DNA of 64,000 nt, taken from assembly GCA_048938895.1 (NCBI GenBank), contig JBHLLU010000020.1, forward strand, positions 1,082 to 65,081, written 5' to 3'. Of this stretch, positions 1 to 8,780 are shown in pieces; positions within the stretch are counted from its first letter, which is position 1, and the number at the start of each line of letters is the position of its first letter. This DNA is from Promethearchaeota archaeon (GTDB taxonomy: Archaea > Asgardarchaeota > Lokiarchaeia > Sigyniarchaeales > SOKP01). The notes beneath the pieces were generated by a model. That model was not told the DNA's origin and did no database searches. It was given only the letters and a program-made list of their open reading frames with translations. Made by a program: the position numbers and the translations under genes.

Positions 1-1025
1 TTCAAGCTCTAGCTTTCTCTGCCCAATTTTCCTTGACTCCAGAAGATACTGTATTTCAACTAGTACCAATGTTCCATGTAATAGGATGGTCTAAACCACA
101 AGCAGCAACATATGCAGGATCTAAATTAGTTTTATCAGGGAAGTGGAGTTTGGATGATCTAGAAGAAATCACAAATCTTATGGTTCAAGAAAAGGTAACA
201 GTCTCTGGGGGTGTTCCTACCGTTTTTATGACAATGCTTGAAATCATTAGAAAAATGGAAACAAAACCAGATCTTTCAAAAACACGGTTAATTTGTGGAG
301 GTTCAGAACCCCCTATTACTTTGATGAAAGGTTTTTGGGATGAAACAGGTGGTGAAATTATACATTCCTACGGTTCTACGGAAGCAATGGCTATAACCAC
401 CTTGAATTTTATCAAACCTTGGCTTAAAGAAGAACTTTCAGAAGATGAGTTGTGGGAGCTCAAGAAAAAACAAGGTACAATCGTAAATGGGCTTGATATT
501 AGAATAGTGGATGAAAATGGTAATGATCTACCTCATGATGGACAATCTTCTGGAGAAATCCTATTGCGTGGTCTTTGGATCTTAAAAAGTTATTATAAAG
601 CTCCGACTACTAAAAATAGTTTTACAAAGGATGGATATTTTCGAAGTGGTGATGCTGGAACTATTGATTCTGAAGGATATTTAAAAATTACTGATAGGAT
701 TAAAGATGTAATCAAAAGCGGTGGTGAATGGATTAGTTCAATAGATATGGAAAATGTACTTGTAGCTCATCCAGGCGTTCTTGAAGCTGCGGTAGTAGGG
801 ATACCTCATCCTAAATGGGAAGAACGACCTTTAGCATTAGTTGTATTACGAGAGGGTAATGATTCGACAACAGAAGAGGAAATATTTAACCATCTTTCCA
901 AATCATTTGCTAAATGGCAACTTCCTGACAAAATTCTGTTTGTTCAATCGATTCCGAGAACAAGTGTTGGAAAATTAGATAAAAAGGTCATACGAGAAGA
1001 ATATAATAACTTATATACAAAGTAA
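1..1025 (+). CDS. Long/medium-chain fatty-acid--CoA ligase (AMP-binding, AlkK/FadD14-like), 5'-truncated by the window edge
   Basis: Motifs VPMFHV, HSYGSTE, GYFRSGD, DRIKDVIKSGGEWISS, PRTSVGK; the frame is open back to the window start, so the TTG at 33 is not the real start. Confidence 0.9.
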   Translation, partial: QALAFSAQFSLTPEDTVFQLVPMFHVIGWSKPQAATYAGSKLVLSGKWSLDDLEEITNLMVQEKVTVSGGVPTVFMTMLEIIRKMETKPDLSKTRLICGGSEPPITLMKGFWDETGGEIIHSYGSTEAMAITTLNFIKPWLKEELSEDELWELKKKQGTIVNGLDIRIVDENGNDLPHDGQSSGEILLRGLWILKSYYKAPTTKNSFTKDGYFRSGDAGTIDSEGYLKITDRIKDVIKSGGEWISSIDMENVLVAHPGVLEAAVVGIPHPKWEERPLALVVLREGNDSTTEEEIFNHLSKSFAKWQLPDKILFVQSIPRTSVGKLDKKVIREEYNNLYTK

Positions 1026-1039
1026 GCAACCAAAAATTC

Positions 1040-1537
1040 TTAATCTAATTTTAATTTCATTTCTAATTCACCTGATAGAATTCTACCCGTATGTTTAAAC
1101 CCACACTTTTTGTAGAATTCTCCAGCATTCCCTTTACCCGTTTCATGATGTAGAGTTACTTCTCTCACATTAGGGCGAGATTTTATATGTTCAATAACAA
1201 GTTCCATTGCTCTTTTTCCATAATTTTTTCCTTGATATCTACTATCTATCATAAATCTCCATAGATACATTTCTGGATTCTTAGGGATTATTTTTTTAAA
1301 TTTAAGTGTGCTATCCTTAAGCATTACAAATCCAATTGGTTTGTCTCCTAAATAGATCCCACGAAACCAAGTTCCTCTGGTGAAATGGGACTCTGCAATA
1401 GATTTTGCATTTGAAGCAACTAGATTTTTCTGTTGAGGCTTTACTTGTAAATTTAAAATTTGGTCTAGGTTTCTTCTTGTAATTTTTTTCAGGGTTATAT
1501 TTGGAGTTGCATATTCTATTCGATTTTCTCTATTCAT
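1040..1537 (-). CDS. GNAT N-acetyltransferase (BltD/spermine-spermidine acetyltransferase-like)
   Basis: RFMIDSRYQGKNYGK acetyl-CoA motif A; FYKKCGF. Confidence 0.85.
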   Translation of the reverse strand: MNRENRIEYATPNITLKKITRRNLDQILNLQVKPQQKNLVASNAKSIAESHFTRGTWFRGIYLGDKPIGFVMLKDSTLKFKKIIPKNPEMYLWRFMIDSRYQGKNYGKRAMELVIEHIKSRPNVREVTLHHETGKGNAGEFYKKCGFKHTGRILSGELEMKLKLD

Positions 1538-1596
1538 ATACAGAAAAATGAGACTGAATTAAAAAAAATTTATGATCATATCTTTACTTAGTTTAT

Positions 1597-1998
1597 CTAC
1601 TTAACTTTGAATATGGAAAAAGTGCCAGTAGCTTTACCAACTAGAATTTCACCATTTTTGATTTCTGATTCAAGATTACTGAAATTTTTTCCTTTATATA
1701 TTACGGTAGTATCACAGGTAAGTGAACCCTCTCTGACAGGTTTAAAATAAACTATTTTAATTTCTACTGTTGCGCATAATTCATCTGGTTTTAATAAGGG
1801 ATATAAAGCGGCGCCCATACCAGTATCGCTCATTGAATAAAGAACTCCTCCATGTAAAGTTTTATGCGGATTCATCAATTTATCCGTGACATTTAGAACA
1901 CATTGAGAGTATCCTTTTTCAATTATTGTGAAGTTTAACCCTATCAGGTCACCAAATGGATGAAATCCTTTAGTTTGAAGTGGATTTTTATTGGTCAT
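1597..1998 (-). CDS. PaaI-family hotdog-fold thioesterase
   Basis: NPHKTLHGG...SDTGMG motif, TVEIKIVYFKPV. Confidence 0.9.
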   Translation of the reverse strand: MTNKNPLQTKGFHPFGDLIGLNFTIIEKGYSQCVLNVTDKLMNPHKTLHGGVLYSMSDTGMGAALYPLLKPDELCATVEIKIVYFKPVREGSLTCDTTVIYKGKNFSNLESEIKNGEILVGKATGTFSIFKVK

Positions 1999-2150
1999 AA
2001 TCTAAGTGATAATATTTTTCATTCTTAATAAAACTCTTAAATAGAATTTCATCTGAAAGGTTAAATTAAATTACTATAGATAAATTAATATTTTTTAAGT
2101 AAAAAAATAATATTTATCCTCTAAAGCCTAATATATCTTAAGGTAAAACC

Positions 2151-2996
2151 ATGATTATTTGGATTGTAGAAAGCGATTCTGGTGTAAAGTTGTTATATAA
2201 ATCTTTTTTGAAGACTGATGCCGATGAAGACATTGTTTCTGGATTTCTTACCGCATTTAACCAATTTTCGATGATGGAATTTAAACAGGCTATCGATTCT
2301 ATAGAAATGGGTGGAATGAGGTGGATATATATTGTAGAACCAAAATATAATCTTCTTTTTGTCGCCGCTGGTTCAAAAGAAATGAAAACCGATATTTTGA
2401 AAACAAGATTAGAGGTAATAAAGAATGCTTTTATAAAAGAATTCAATCCCGTTTGGGAAAAAAAAGGGCAAAATTGGGATGGGGATATTAATATATTCTT
2501 ACCTTTTCTAAACCTAATTGAAGATTACTATAATCAATGGGAAGAAGTTGAGACATTAACCCAAACGGCTGATTTTTTTGATATTTTAGGAATTTTCCAA
2601 AATATTTTCATTATGATAAGAAACATTATCGAAAATAAGATGTATAGCAAATCAAAAAATGAAATCTTAGATCTTATTGATGAAATCTACCAAGGTTATC
2701 AATATCAAGAAGCCTGTAAAGAAGAACCTGAGTTGAAAAGTATCTCATTTTCAAAAGAGTCTTGGTTCGATATAGTTGATATTAATTTAATAAAATGTGA
2801 TAAGGAATTAGTTATTGATAGTTTGAAATATTTACTTAGCCAAGTAGTTAATGTCATAAGAGAAATAAAAGGTGATAATCTATGTTTAAAATATTTCAGA
2901 GAAGAAAAAGTATATCGTTACATTTTTAACAACATGGAACTTTTAAAAGATTTAGCTTTAGATATGTACCTATTAGAACTTTTTCTACTATTATAA
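2151..2996 (+). CDS. Longin-like domain protein (Asgard-type) with helical C-terminus
   Basis: N-terminal IWIVESDSGVKLLYKSF...DIVSGFLTAFNQF...IDSIEMGG pattern typical of Asgard longin/roadblock-like domains. Confidence 0.65.
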   Translation: MIIWIVESDSGVKLLYKSFLKTDADEDIVSGFLTAFNQFSMMEFKQAIDSIEMGGMRWIYIVEPKYNLLFVAAGSKEMKTDILKTRLEVIKNAFIKEFNPVWEKKGQNWDGDINIFLPFLNLIEDYYNQWEEVETLTQTADFFDILGIFQNIFIMIRNIIENKMYSKSKNEILDLIDEIYQGYQYQEACKEEPELKSISFSKESWFDIVDINLIKCDKELVIDSLKYLLSQVVNVIREIKGDNLCLKYFREEKVYRYIFNNMELLKDLALDMYLLELFLLL

Positions 2997-3075
2997 TCTT
3001 TTAACTTCTTATGTTTTCCTGGAAAAGCTTTTGCAACCCTTGATTTTATCTATTATTTAGTTAAGAATAAAGGGA

Positions 3076-3191
3076 GGCTCCTGCCAAGGACCTCAAGCTG
3101 AGGTCAAATCCATTAAGTAGGAGAAGGTAAATTTTTAAGTGTAACGAATTACACTACCAAAAGACAAAAATCCAGGGGATTGACAGGAGCC
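3076..3191 (-). ncRNA. Candidate structured small RNA (alternatively a MITE-like element)
   Basis: 12-bp terminal stem GGCTCCTGTCAA/TTGGCAGGAGCC (one G-U on the minus strand); internal hairpins AGTGTAA-TTCG-TTACACT and GACCTCA-GCT-TGAGGTC; TATA-like TTTTATATA about 25 nt upstream on the minus strand. Confidence 0.5.
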
Positions 3192-3471
3192 ATTTTTTTT
3201 ATGATTAATATATGTTATATAAAATTGTTTTAAATATATGACGGTTTGTCTTATATATGTATAGTAATTACTTTTATGAATATAAATCTTTAGAGTTCAA
3301 ATTTATTATATTTTTATTAATTTTTCCTTTTTAAATGAATTGATTATATTATATTGATAAAAATCTAAAAGTTTATAGTTCGAGGGTATTGTAGGGAACC
3401 GAAAAGAATAATAAGTAATAAACTTATATATTTTAGTAAGGAATTAAATAATTTCGATCCTAAATAAATTT

Positions 3472-3951
3472 ATGCCTGATAATAATTATCCTTGTGAAGA
3501 CGATACCTGTGCAGTGATAAATTTCTCTGAAATTTTTCAATTGATAAGTTTATTAAATAAAAAGTATGAAAAGTTACAAAGTAGAGTTTTAAAAAGTGAA
3601 AATATTACCCCTCCTCAATATTCAATACTAACAGAACTGTGGAAATCTGATGGGAGGCAATTTAAAGAGTTAGCATCAGCATGCTGTTGTTCTCCATCAA
3701 CTGTTACAGGTATAGTTGATACTATGGAAAAGAATGATTTAGTCTTCAGAGAAAAAAATCCAGATGACAGACGAAGTCTATTTGTGAAACTTACTGATAA
3801 AGGTAAAAATATTGAAAGTTCAACACCCCCTATTAAGATAGTGTTAACAAATTGTTGTGAAGGATTTACACCTGAAGATGCTGAAGAGTTAACTTTCTTA
3901 TTAAATAAGTTATCCGATTCATTTGAAATTAGTGGATTGGAAAAATGCTGA
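3472..3951 (+). CDS. Cys-rich MarR-family transcriptional regulator, probable arsenic sensor
   Basis: ITPPQYSIL, NPDDRRS, LTDKG MarR motifs; 8 Cys including CCC and CC; upstream of arsM. Confidence 0.85.
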   Translation: MPDNNYPCEDDTCAVINFSEIFQLISLLNKKYEKLQSRVLKSENITPPQYSILTELWKSDGRQFKELASACCCSPSTVTGIVDTMEKNDLVFREKNPDDRRSLFVKLTDKGKNIESSTPPIKIVLTNCCEGFTPEDAEELTFLLNKLSDSFEISGLEKC

Positions 3952-3998
3952 TTATTTTTTTGGTTTTTGAAATAAGAAGTTAATTTATATAAAAATAG

Positions 3999-4022
3999 TT
4001 CGGTTCCGAAATATTCGGAACC
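3999..4022. promoter_or_regulatory. Operator palindrome upstream of the small ORF and arsM
   Basis: Perfect inverted repeat GGTTCCGAA-ata-TTCGGAACC (4002-4022), flanked by TATA-like TTTATATA (3984-3991) and TTTAAATA (4023-4030); related GGAACCGAA at 3395-3403 upstream of marR. Confidence 0.7.
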
Positions 4023-4090
4023 TTTAAATACTAATCTTGATTATTTATGATCAAAGAATTATTTCTTAAAAATTCGTGAAGTGAAATAAA

Positions 4091-4255
4091 TTGAAAGAAT
4101 TTAAAGAAGATAAATTAACAAAAAAATTGGCAGAAATTAAGAAGAGAAGAGAACTAAAAGAATTATTTTATTCAAAGTGTGACGTTTCTCTTTGTTTCAA
4201 TCCTGAAAATTCTTTTTCAATATATAACTCACAAATTTCTATTAATTGTTGTTAG
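4091..4255 (+). CDS. Small Cys-containing protein (54 aa) between marR and arsM, not in the ORF track
   Basis: TTG start; MKEFKEDKLTKKLAEIKKRRELKELFYSKCDVSLCFNPENSFSIYNSQISINCC*; C-terminal CC; lies between the operator and arsM. Confidence 0.5.
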   Translation: MKEFKEDKLTKKLAEIKKRRELKELFYSKCDVSLCFNPENSFSIYNSQISINCC

Positions 4256-4282
4256 AATCTAAATAATATTGAGGAAATTAAA

Positions 4283-5239
4283 ATGGTAGAAGAAAAAGTA
4301 CTTGAAGATGATAAAATAAGGCAATCTGTAAGAGAAGCTTATTCAAGAAGAGTAAGTGAACCAAATGCTCCAAGTTGCTGTGGCCCAACTGCTCCTACAG
4401 AAACTCCTACTCTGAGTTGTTGTGGTTCAACAGCACCAACTGAAAATTCAACATCCAATGCATGTAGTTCTGCTTGTGGTGGGGCAATTCAACTACCTGC
4501 TGAACAAAGAGAGGAATTTTTGAAAAAATACAGTGCTAGCTTAGGTTATTCAGAAAATGATTTAAAAAATATCCCTGATGGAGCAAATTTAGCATTAGGT
4601 TGTGGGAATCCAACTGCACATGCTTCTATTAAAGAAGGAGAGACCGTCCTTGATCTTGGATCGGGAGGAGGATTAGATTGCTTTATTGCAGCCAATAAAG
4701 TTGGAAAAACAGGTAAAGTTATTGGAGTCGACATGACACCTGCTATGCTTTCTAGAGCTCGAGAAAATGCTGTAAAAGGTAATTATGATAATGTTGAATT
4801 TAGACTTGGTGAAATTGAGAATTTACCTGTAGCTGATAATTCCGTTGATTTGATTATATCTAATTGTGTAATTAACCTGTCTCCTGATAAGGAACAGGTA
4901 TTTCGTGAAGCATTCCGAGTATTAAAACCTGGGGGAAGATTGATGGTTTCGGATATAGTTTTACTAAAGGAATTGCCTGATGCTATAAGGAATAATGCAC
5001 AAGCCTATGCGAGTTGCATTGGTGGTGCAATTATGAAAGACCAATATTTAGGAGCAATTGAAAGTGCTGGTTTTAAAGATGTTGAAATCATAGGACAGAG
5101 TAATTTCTCTACAACAGAGCTGTTATTAAGTGATGATACGATTAGAGAGGCGTTGGGAGATCAGATTGAAACAGTTAAGAAGTTAGACCAGTTAGATATT
5201 GATAGCACGAGTATAAAAGTAAAAGCAATTAAATCGTAA
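4283..5239 (+). CDS. arsM: Arsenite S-adenosylmethionine methyltransferase
   Basis: [60 protein letters not shown]: the conserved ArsM Cys and SAM-binding motifs. Confidence 0.95.
   Translation: MVEEKVLEDDKIRQSVREAYSRRVSEPNAPSCCGPTAPTETPTLSCCGSTAPTENSTSNACSSACGGAIQLPAEQREEFLKKYSASLGYSENDLKNIPDGANLALGCGNPTAHASIKEGETVLDLGSGGGLDCFIAANKVGKTGKVIGVDMTPAMLSRARENAVKGNYDNVEFRLGEIENLPVADNSVDLIISNCVINLSPDKEQVFREAFRVLKPGGRLMVSDIVLLKELPDAIRNNAQAYASCIGGAIMKDQYLGAIESAGFKDVEIIGQSNFSTTELLLSDDTIREALGDQIETVKKLDQLDIDSTSIKVKAIKS
4373..4456 (+). repeat. Intragenic 42-nt (14-aa) tandem repeat encoding SCCGxTAPTE
   Basis: [14 protein letters not shown] / [14 protein letters not shown] with units starting at 4373 and 4415. 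Confidence 0.8.
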
Positions 5240-5265
5240 TTATTTTTTAGCAAACAAAATTTTTT

Positions 5266-6075
5266 TCATTTTTTTGTTATTCTATTTCCACATAATGGGC
5301 ATATAGTAACTTCAGAGTTAATTATATTACCACAATAAGAGCATCTAACCTCGTCTTTTCCTATTTTTGTCATATGTTCAAACACTAATCCTTCTGATTG
5401 TTTATACATAACAGTTTGGTTTAGGATGTCAAAGAGTTTTTCAGTTTTACCTTGATCTATGATGAACTTTCCCCAAGAAGTCTTTAACGGTAGAATTGAG
5501 AAAATTTTACCTTCATGAGTTTCTAAAGTTACATATGTTATTGAATCTACAATCTCTATTATTATTTGCTTAATCTGCATAATTTCAATTTTGTTTATTT
5601 TTCCTGATTGGAATAATTTGACTAATACATAATTTTCTGTTAAAAATAAATGACCATGTAAGGAACTCTCCTTAAAATCAAAGTTTTTTAGTGAACTTGG
5701 ATAAATGGCAACAATCGCATCAAATAAAATTACTTGATCTTTATTTAGAATTAGACGAGCAAGTTGTCTAAAAAGGTCTTCTGTGGTTTTTAGAGCTGAA
5801 TGATAATGTTTTTTACTTTTTTTCAGTGAATATAAATTATGTGTGCTTCCATGAAGAGTTATAACTTCAACTATAGGGATAGAAAATCTTATTTTCATAA
5901 AAAAATCTCGAATTTCAGGTAGCCTCAACCGAAAAAGTACTTTATCTTTCAGAGATTCAAAAGATAAAGCATCTTCTGTTAGAGAAATTGTGCCTCTTGA
6001 TCTTTTTGAAATTAGGATTCTGTATGAAGGTTCACCAGTGTGAAGACTTCCAAAAGATTCATATAGAATTCCCAT
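5266..6075 (-). CDS. Tandem PH-like/GRAM-like domain protein with C-terminal zinc ribbon
   Basis: Two similar halves (GTISLTEDALSF / GHLFLTENYVLV; TEDLF / TEKLF); C-terminal CSYC-x10-CPLC. Confidence 0.6.
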   Translation of the reverse strand: MGILYESFGSLHTGEPSYRILISKRSRGTISLTEDALSFESLKDKVLFRLRLPEIRDFFMKIRFSIPIVEVITLHGSTHNLYSLKKSKKHYHSALKTTEDLFRQLARLILNKDQVILFDAIVAIYPSSLKNFDFKESSLHGHLFLTENYVLVKLFQSGKINKIEIMQIKQIIIEIVDSITYVTLETHEGKIFSILPLKTSWGKFIIDQGKTEKLFDILNQTVMYKQSEGLVFEHMTKIGKDEVRCSYCGNIINSEVTICPLCGNRITKK

Positions 6076-6218
6076 AACAAACTCTTTAAAATTAAAGTCT
6101 ATAGTTTTTAGATCAGGTTTATTACATTAAAATATGTTGTTATTAGATAATTAAATAATCAAATAGGTAATTGATAAAATGAAGAATAAATAAAATTTCC
6201 TATTATGTATTACTCACT

Positions 6219-7514
6219 CTAAAATCCCTTATCGATCTTGGATTTCCTATTCAGATTAAATTTTTCTATTCTGTATTTAACAAAAGGAGCTATTCCCTTG
6301 AAAACAACAAGTTCTAATGAAGTCACAAAAGATATTAAAGAAATCATCATAATTAATGAATTTATACCACTAATAATTGGGTTTTTGCGATTAATATGTA
6401 AGAAGATGTAACGATATGCAACAACGATATCATTTCCATTAGAAGATATTTCAATATCCTCCATTGAAGATCTAGTATTAAAGTCGATTATCCATCTCGT
6501 TGATTTACTACTTTTGTGAAAAAAGAGCAAACGATTGATTAAACCATCGGCATGATATCTATATAGATCTGAAATAATATATTCCCCATCAGATGACATA
6601 GCAATTTCATTCACAAAACTCTCATAAGGAATTGAATATTTCCACAATCTTGTTAAACTTGAAGCATTAAAGAGATATATCCCGTCTGATCCTCCTGTAG
6701 CTATCAGATCTCCATTCTGAGATATTGCTACTCCTGAGATAATACCCTCAGTATACATAATCTTTGGAATAGGGCTTGATTTATTGAATAGGTAGAGTTC
6801 ATATCCCGAAATACCTACAACATATCCGCCTATCACGATATATTCACAATTAGGTGTTATTTCTATATCGAATAGTTGATCACCTATAGTATACTGCCAT
6901 ATTGGAGTAGAACTCGTTTTATTAAATAAATATACAACTCCCCCGTTTCCTAAACATACAATATAGTTTCCATCTGAAGATAATCTAACACCTCTATCAC
7001 CTAAAGGTGTATTCCATAAAATCATTAAGTCATCTCCTTGAATGGAATAAAGTGTTGTTCCTAAAGAACTACAAACAGCAGCATAATTTCCATTTGAAGA
7101 GATTACAGTATCATAAACAAAATTTCCAATAGGAGTTTCCCATAATGGTGTTGGATTAGTTTTCTTAAAAATATAGAGTGATTGAGAGCCTCCTGCAATT
7201 ATATGTTGCCCGTCTGCTGATATATCAACATCAAGTACATCCTCATTTAATCTACAGCTCCATAGTGGTTTAGAATTTGACTTTTTGAATAAATACACAT
7301 AATTGAACCTTCCCATAACCAGATATTTTCCATCTTGTGAAATCGCACAGGAGGACCAACCCCCTCCTTGATTAGATGACACTTCAAATGCCCAAGTTCC
7401 CTTACTCGAAATTAATAAACTACCAAAAAGCGCGATTGATATGACAATACCTAACACGGAAATTAATAATATCTTCTCATATCGTTTCTTATTTTGGGTT
7501 AATAACCTGAACAT
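6219..7514 (-). CDS. Membrane-anchored WD40-like beta-propeller protein
   Basis: About 40-aa repeats (AISxDGxY...YLFNKSSxTPLW); N- and C-terminal hydrophobic helices. Confidence 0.85.
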   Translation of the reverse strand: MFRLLTQNKKRYEKILLISVLGIVISIALFGSLLISSKGTWAFEVSSNQGGGWSSCAISQDGKYLVMGRFNYVYLFKKSNSKPLWSCRLNEDVLDVDISADGQHIIAGGSQSLYIFKKTNPTPLWETPIGNFVYDTVISSNGNYAAVCSSLGTTLYSIQGDDLMILWNTPLGDRGVRLSSDGNYIVCLGNGGVVYLFNKTSSTPIWQYTIGDQLFDIEITPNCEYIVIGGYVVGISGYELYLFNKSSPIPKIMYTEGIISGVAISQNGDLIATGGSDGIYLFNASSLTRLWKYSIPYESFVNEIAMSSDGEYIISDLYRYHADGLINRLLFFHKSSKSTRWIIDFNTRSSMEDIEISSNGNDIVVAYRYIFLHINRKNPIISGINSLIMMISLISFVTSLELVVFKGIAPFVKYRIEKFNLNRKSKIDKGF

Positions 7515-7645
7515 TATTGTATTATATTGTTTTTATTAGCGAAATCGTTATAAAGGTATTCTTACTTCTTGTCTTCAATAATATCTAACCAAATTATATA
7601 TATAAATGTTCATAATCAACATTTTTCTTAATGAGGTAGAACTGA

Positions 7646-8014
7646 ATGGTCTCTTTTACATTGGTAGTATGTGCAGAACCCTATAAATATGAAGCCATTG
7701 ATACTGCTTTGAATTTAGGGGAAGCAATCTTAAAAAAAGGACATGAAATTAAGGGCATCTTTCTTTATGGAAGTGGAGTTTATAATATTAAAATCCGAGA
7801 TATTACTTCTGATTCAATAAGAAACATCTCAAAACGTCTTAGCCAATTTAGTATAACCCATAATACTAAACTTGCAGCTTGTAGTACATGGATTAGTTTA
7901 ACAGGCATTCAATCTGCTGAATTTTCTGAGGGAGCATACCAAGAAGGATTAGGAGGGCTTTCAGATTTAATATCACAATCTGATAAAGTGATTTTTTTTG
8001 GTCCCGGAGGATGA
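7646..8014 (+). CDS. DsrE/TusD-family sulfur relay protein
   Basis: AEPY, GIFLYGSGVY, conserved active-site-position Cys (LAACST), GLGGLSDLI..SDKVIFF. Confidence 0.8.
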   Translation: MVSFTLVVCAEPYKYEAIDTALNLGEAILKKGHEIKGIFLYGSGVYNIKIRDITSDSIRNISKRLSQFSITHNTKLAACSTWISLTGIQSAEFSEGAYQEGLGGLSDLISQSDKVIFFGPGG

Positions 8015-8020
8015 TTTGGA

Positions 8021-8389
8021 GTGGTTCAATCTATTGTAATAGTATGTGAAGATTCCCCTTTTGGAAAGAATTCTGCGATGGAATCTATTCGGCTGGCGAC
8101 AGGATTGTTAGCAGTAGGGGATATTGAGTTATGTAAGGTCATTTTTTTGAAAGATGCTATTTATTTTCTCAACAAGAACATTAATCCTAATGCATTACAC
8201 GTTGATTCCATTGATAACATAATGAGGCTAATGGAACTTTCTGAATTAGAAATTTTTGTCCATAAAAATGCTCTTGAAGCTGCTGGAATGGACGAATCAG
8301 ACTTGATTAAGTACGAGAATTTGAGGATCGTTTCTATGGATGAGATTTCGAAATTAATCCTTGAAGCTGAGATGATTTTTAAGTATTAA
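8021..8389 (+). CDS. DsrF/TusC-family protein
   Basis: DSPFGK..AMESIR, VIFLKDAIY; second gene of a tightly linked trio. Confidence 0.75.
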   Translation: MVQSIVIVCEDSPFGKNSAMESIRLATGLLAVGDIELCKVIFLKDAIYFLNKNINPNALHVDSIDNIMRLMELSELEIFVHKNALEAAGMDESDLIKYENLRIVSMDEISKLILEAEMIFKY

Positions 8390-8405
8390 AGGGGTGATCA
8401 AATAA

Positions 8406-8747
8406 ATGAATGAACAATCTTCTATATTATATTTATATGGATTTAGCACTTCCCTCGAATCGAAGTTAAATACCGTTAAACAGATAATAGATAATCAATT
8501 AAAACAAATAGCTCAGATTTCTTTTGTATTTATTCAAGATGGAGTAATAGGAACATCTTTTAAGAATAAAATGTCTCATTCTATGCAAAAACTATTAAGT
8601 TTACCTATAACCTTCTATAGCATGATTCCAGACCTTGAAGCTCGAGGACTTGAGGCAACTCCTCTTCAAAATAAAATAAAAGGTATTGGATATGAGGAAT
8701 TAGTTGAAATTTTAGCCACCTCCTCAAAAATTGTTTCTTGGATGTAA
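8406..8747 (+). CDS. DsrH/TusB-family protein
   Basis: FIQDGV, DLEARGL, IGYEELVE..IVSW; GGGGTGA SD upstream. Confidence 0.8.
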   Translation: MNEQSSILYLYGFSTSLESKLNTVKQIIDNQLKQIAQISFVFIQDGVIGTSFKNKMSHSMQKLLSLPITFYSMIPDLEARGLEATPLQNKIKGIGYEELVEILATSSKIVSWM

Positions 8748-8780
8748 AAAATAAAAATAATAGTGGAAAAAATTTTTAAA

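Noticed and set aside
3076-3191. 5S rRNA or tRNA identity for the structured element
   Set aside because: Size fits 5S but the conserved 5S loop sequences (such as CCGAAC) are absent. There is no cloverleaf or TTCRA T-loop, and the plus-strand terminal CCA is within the stem.
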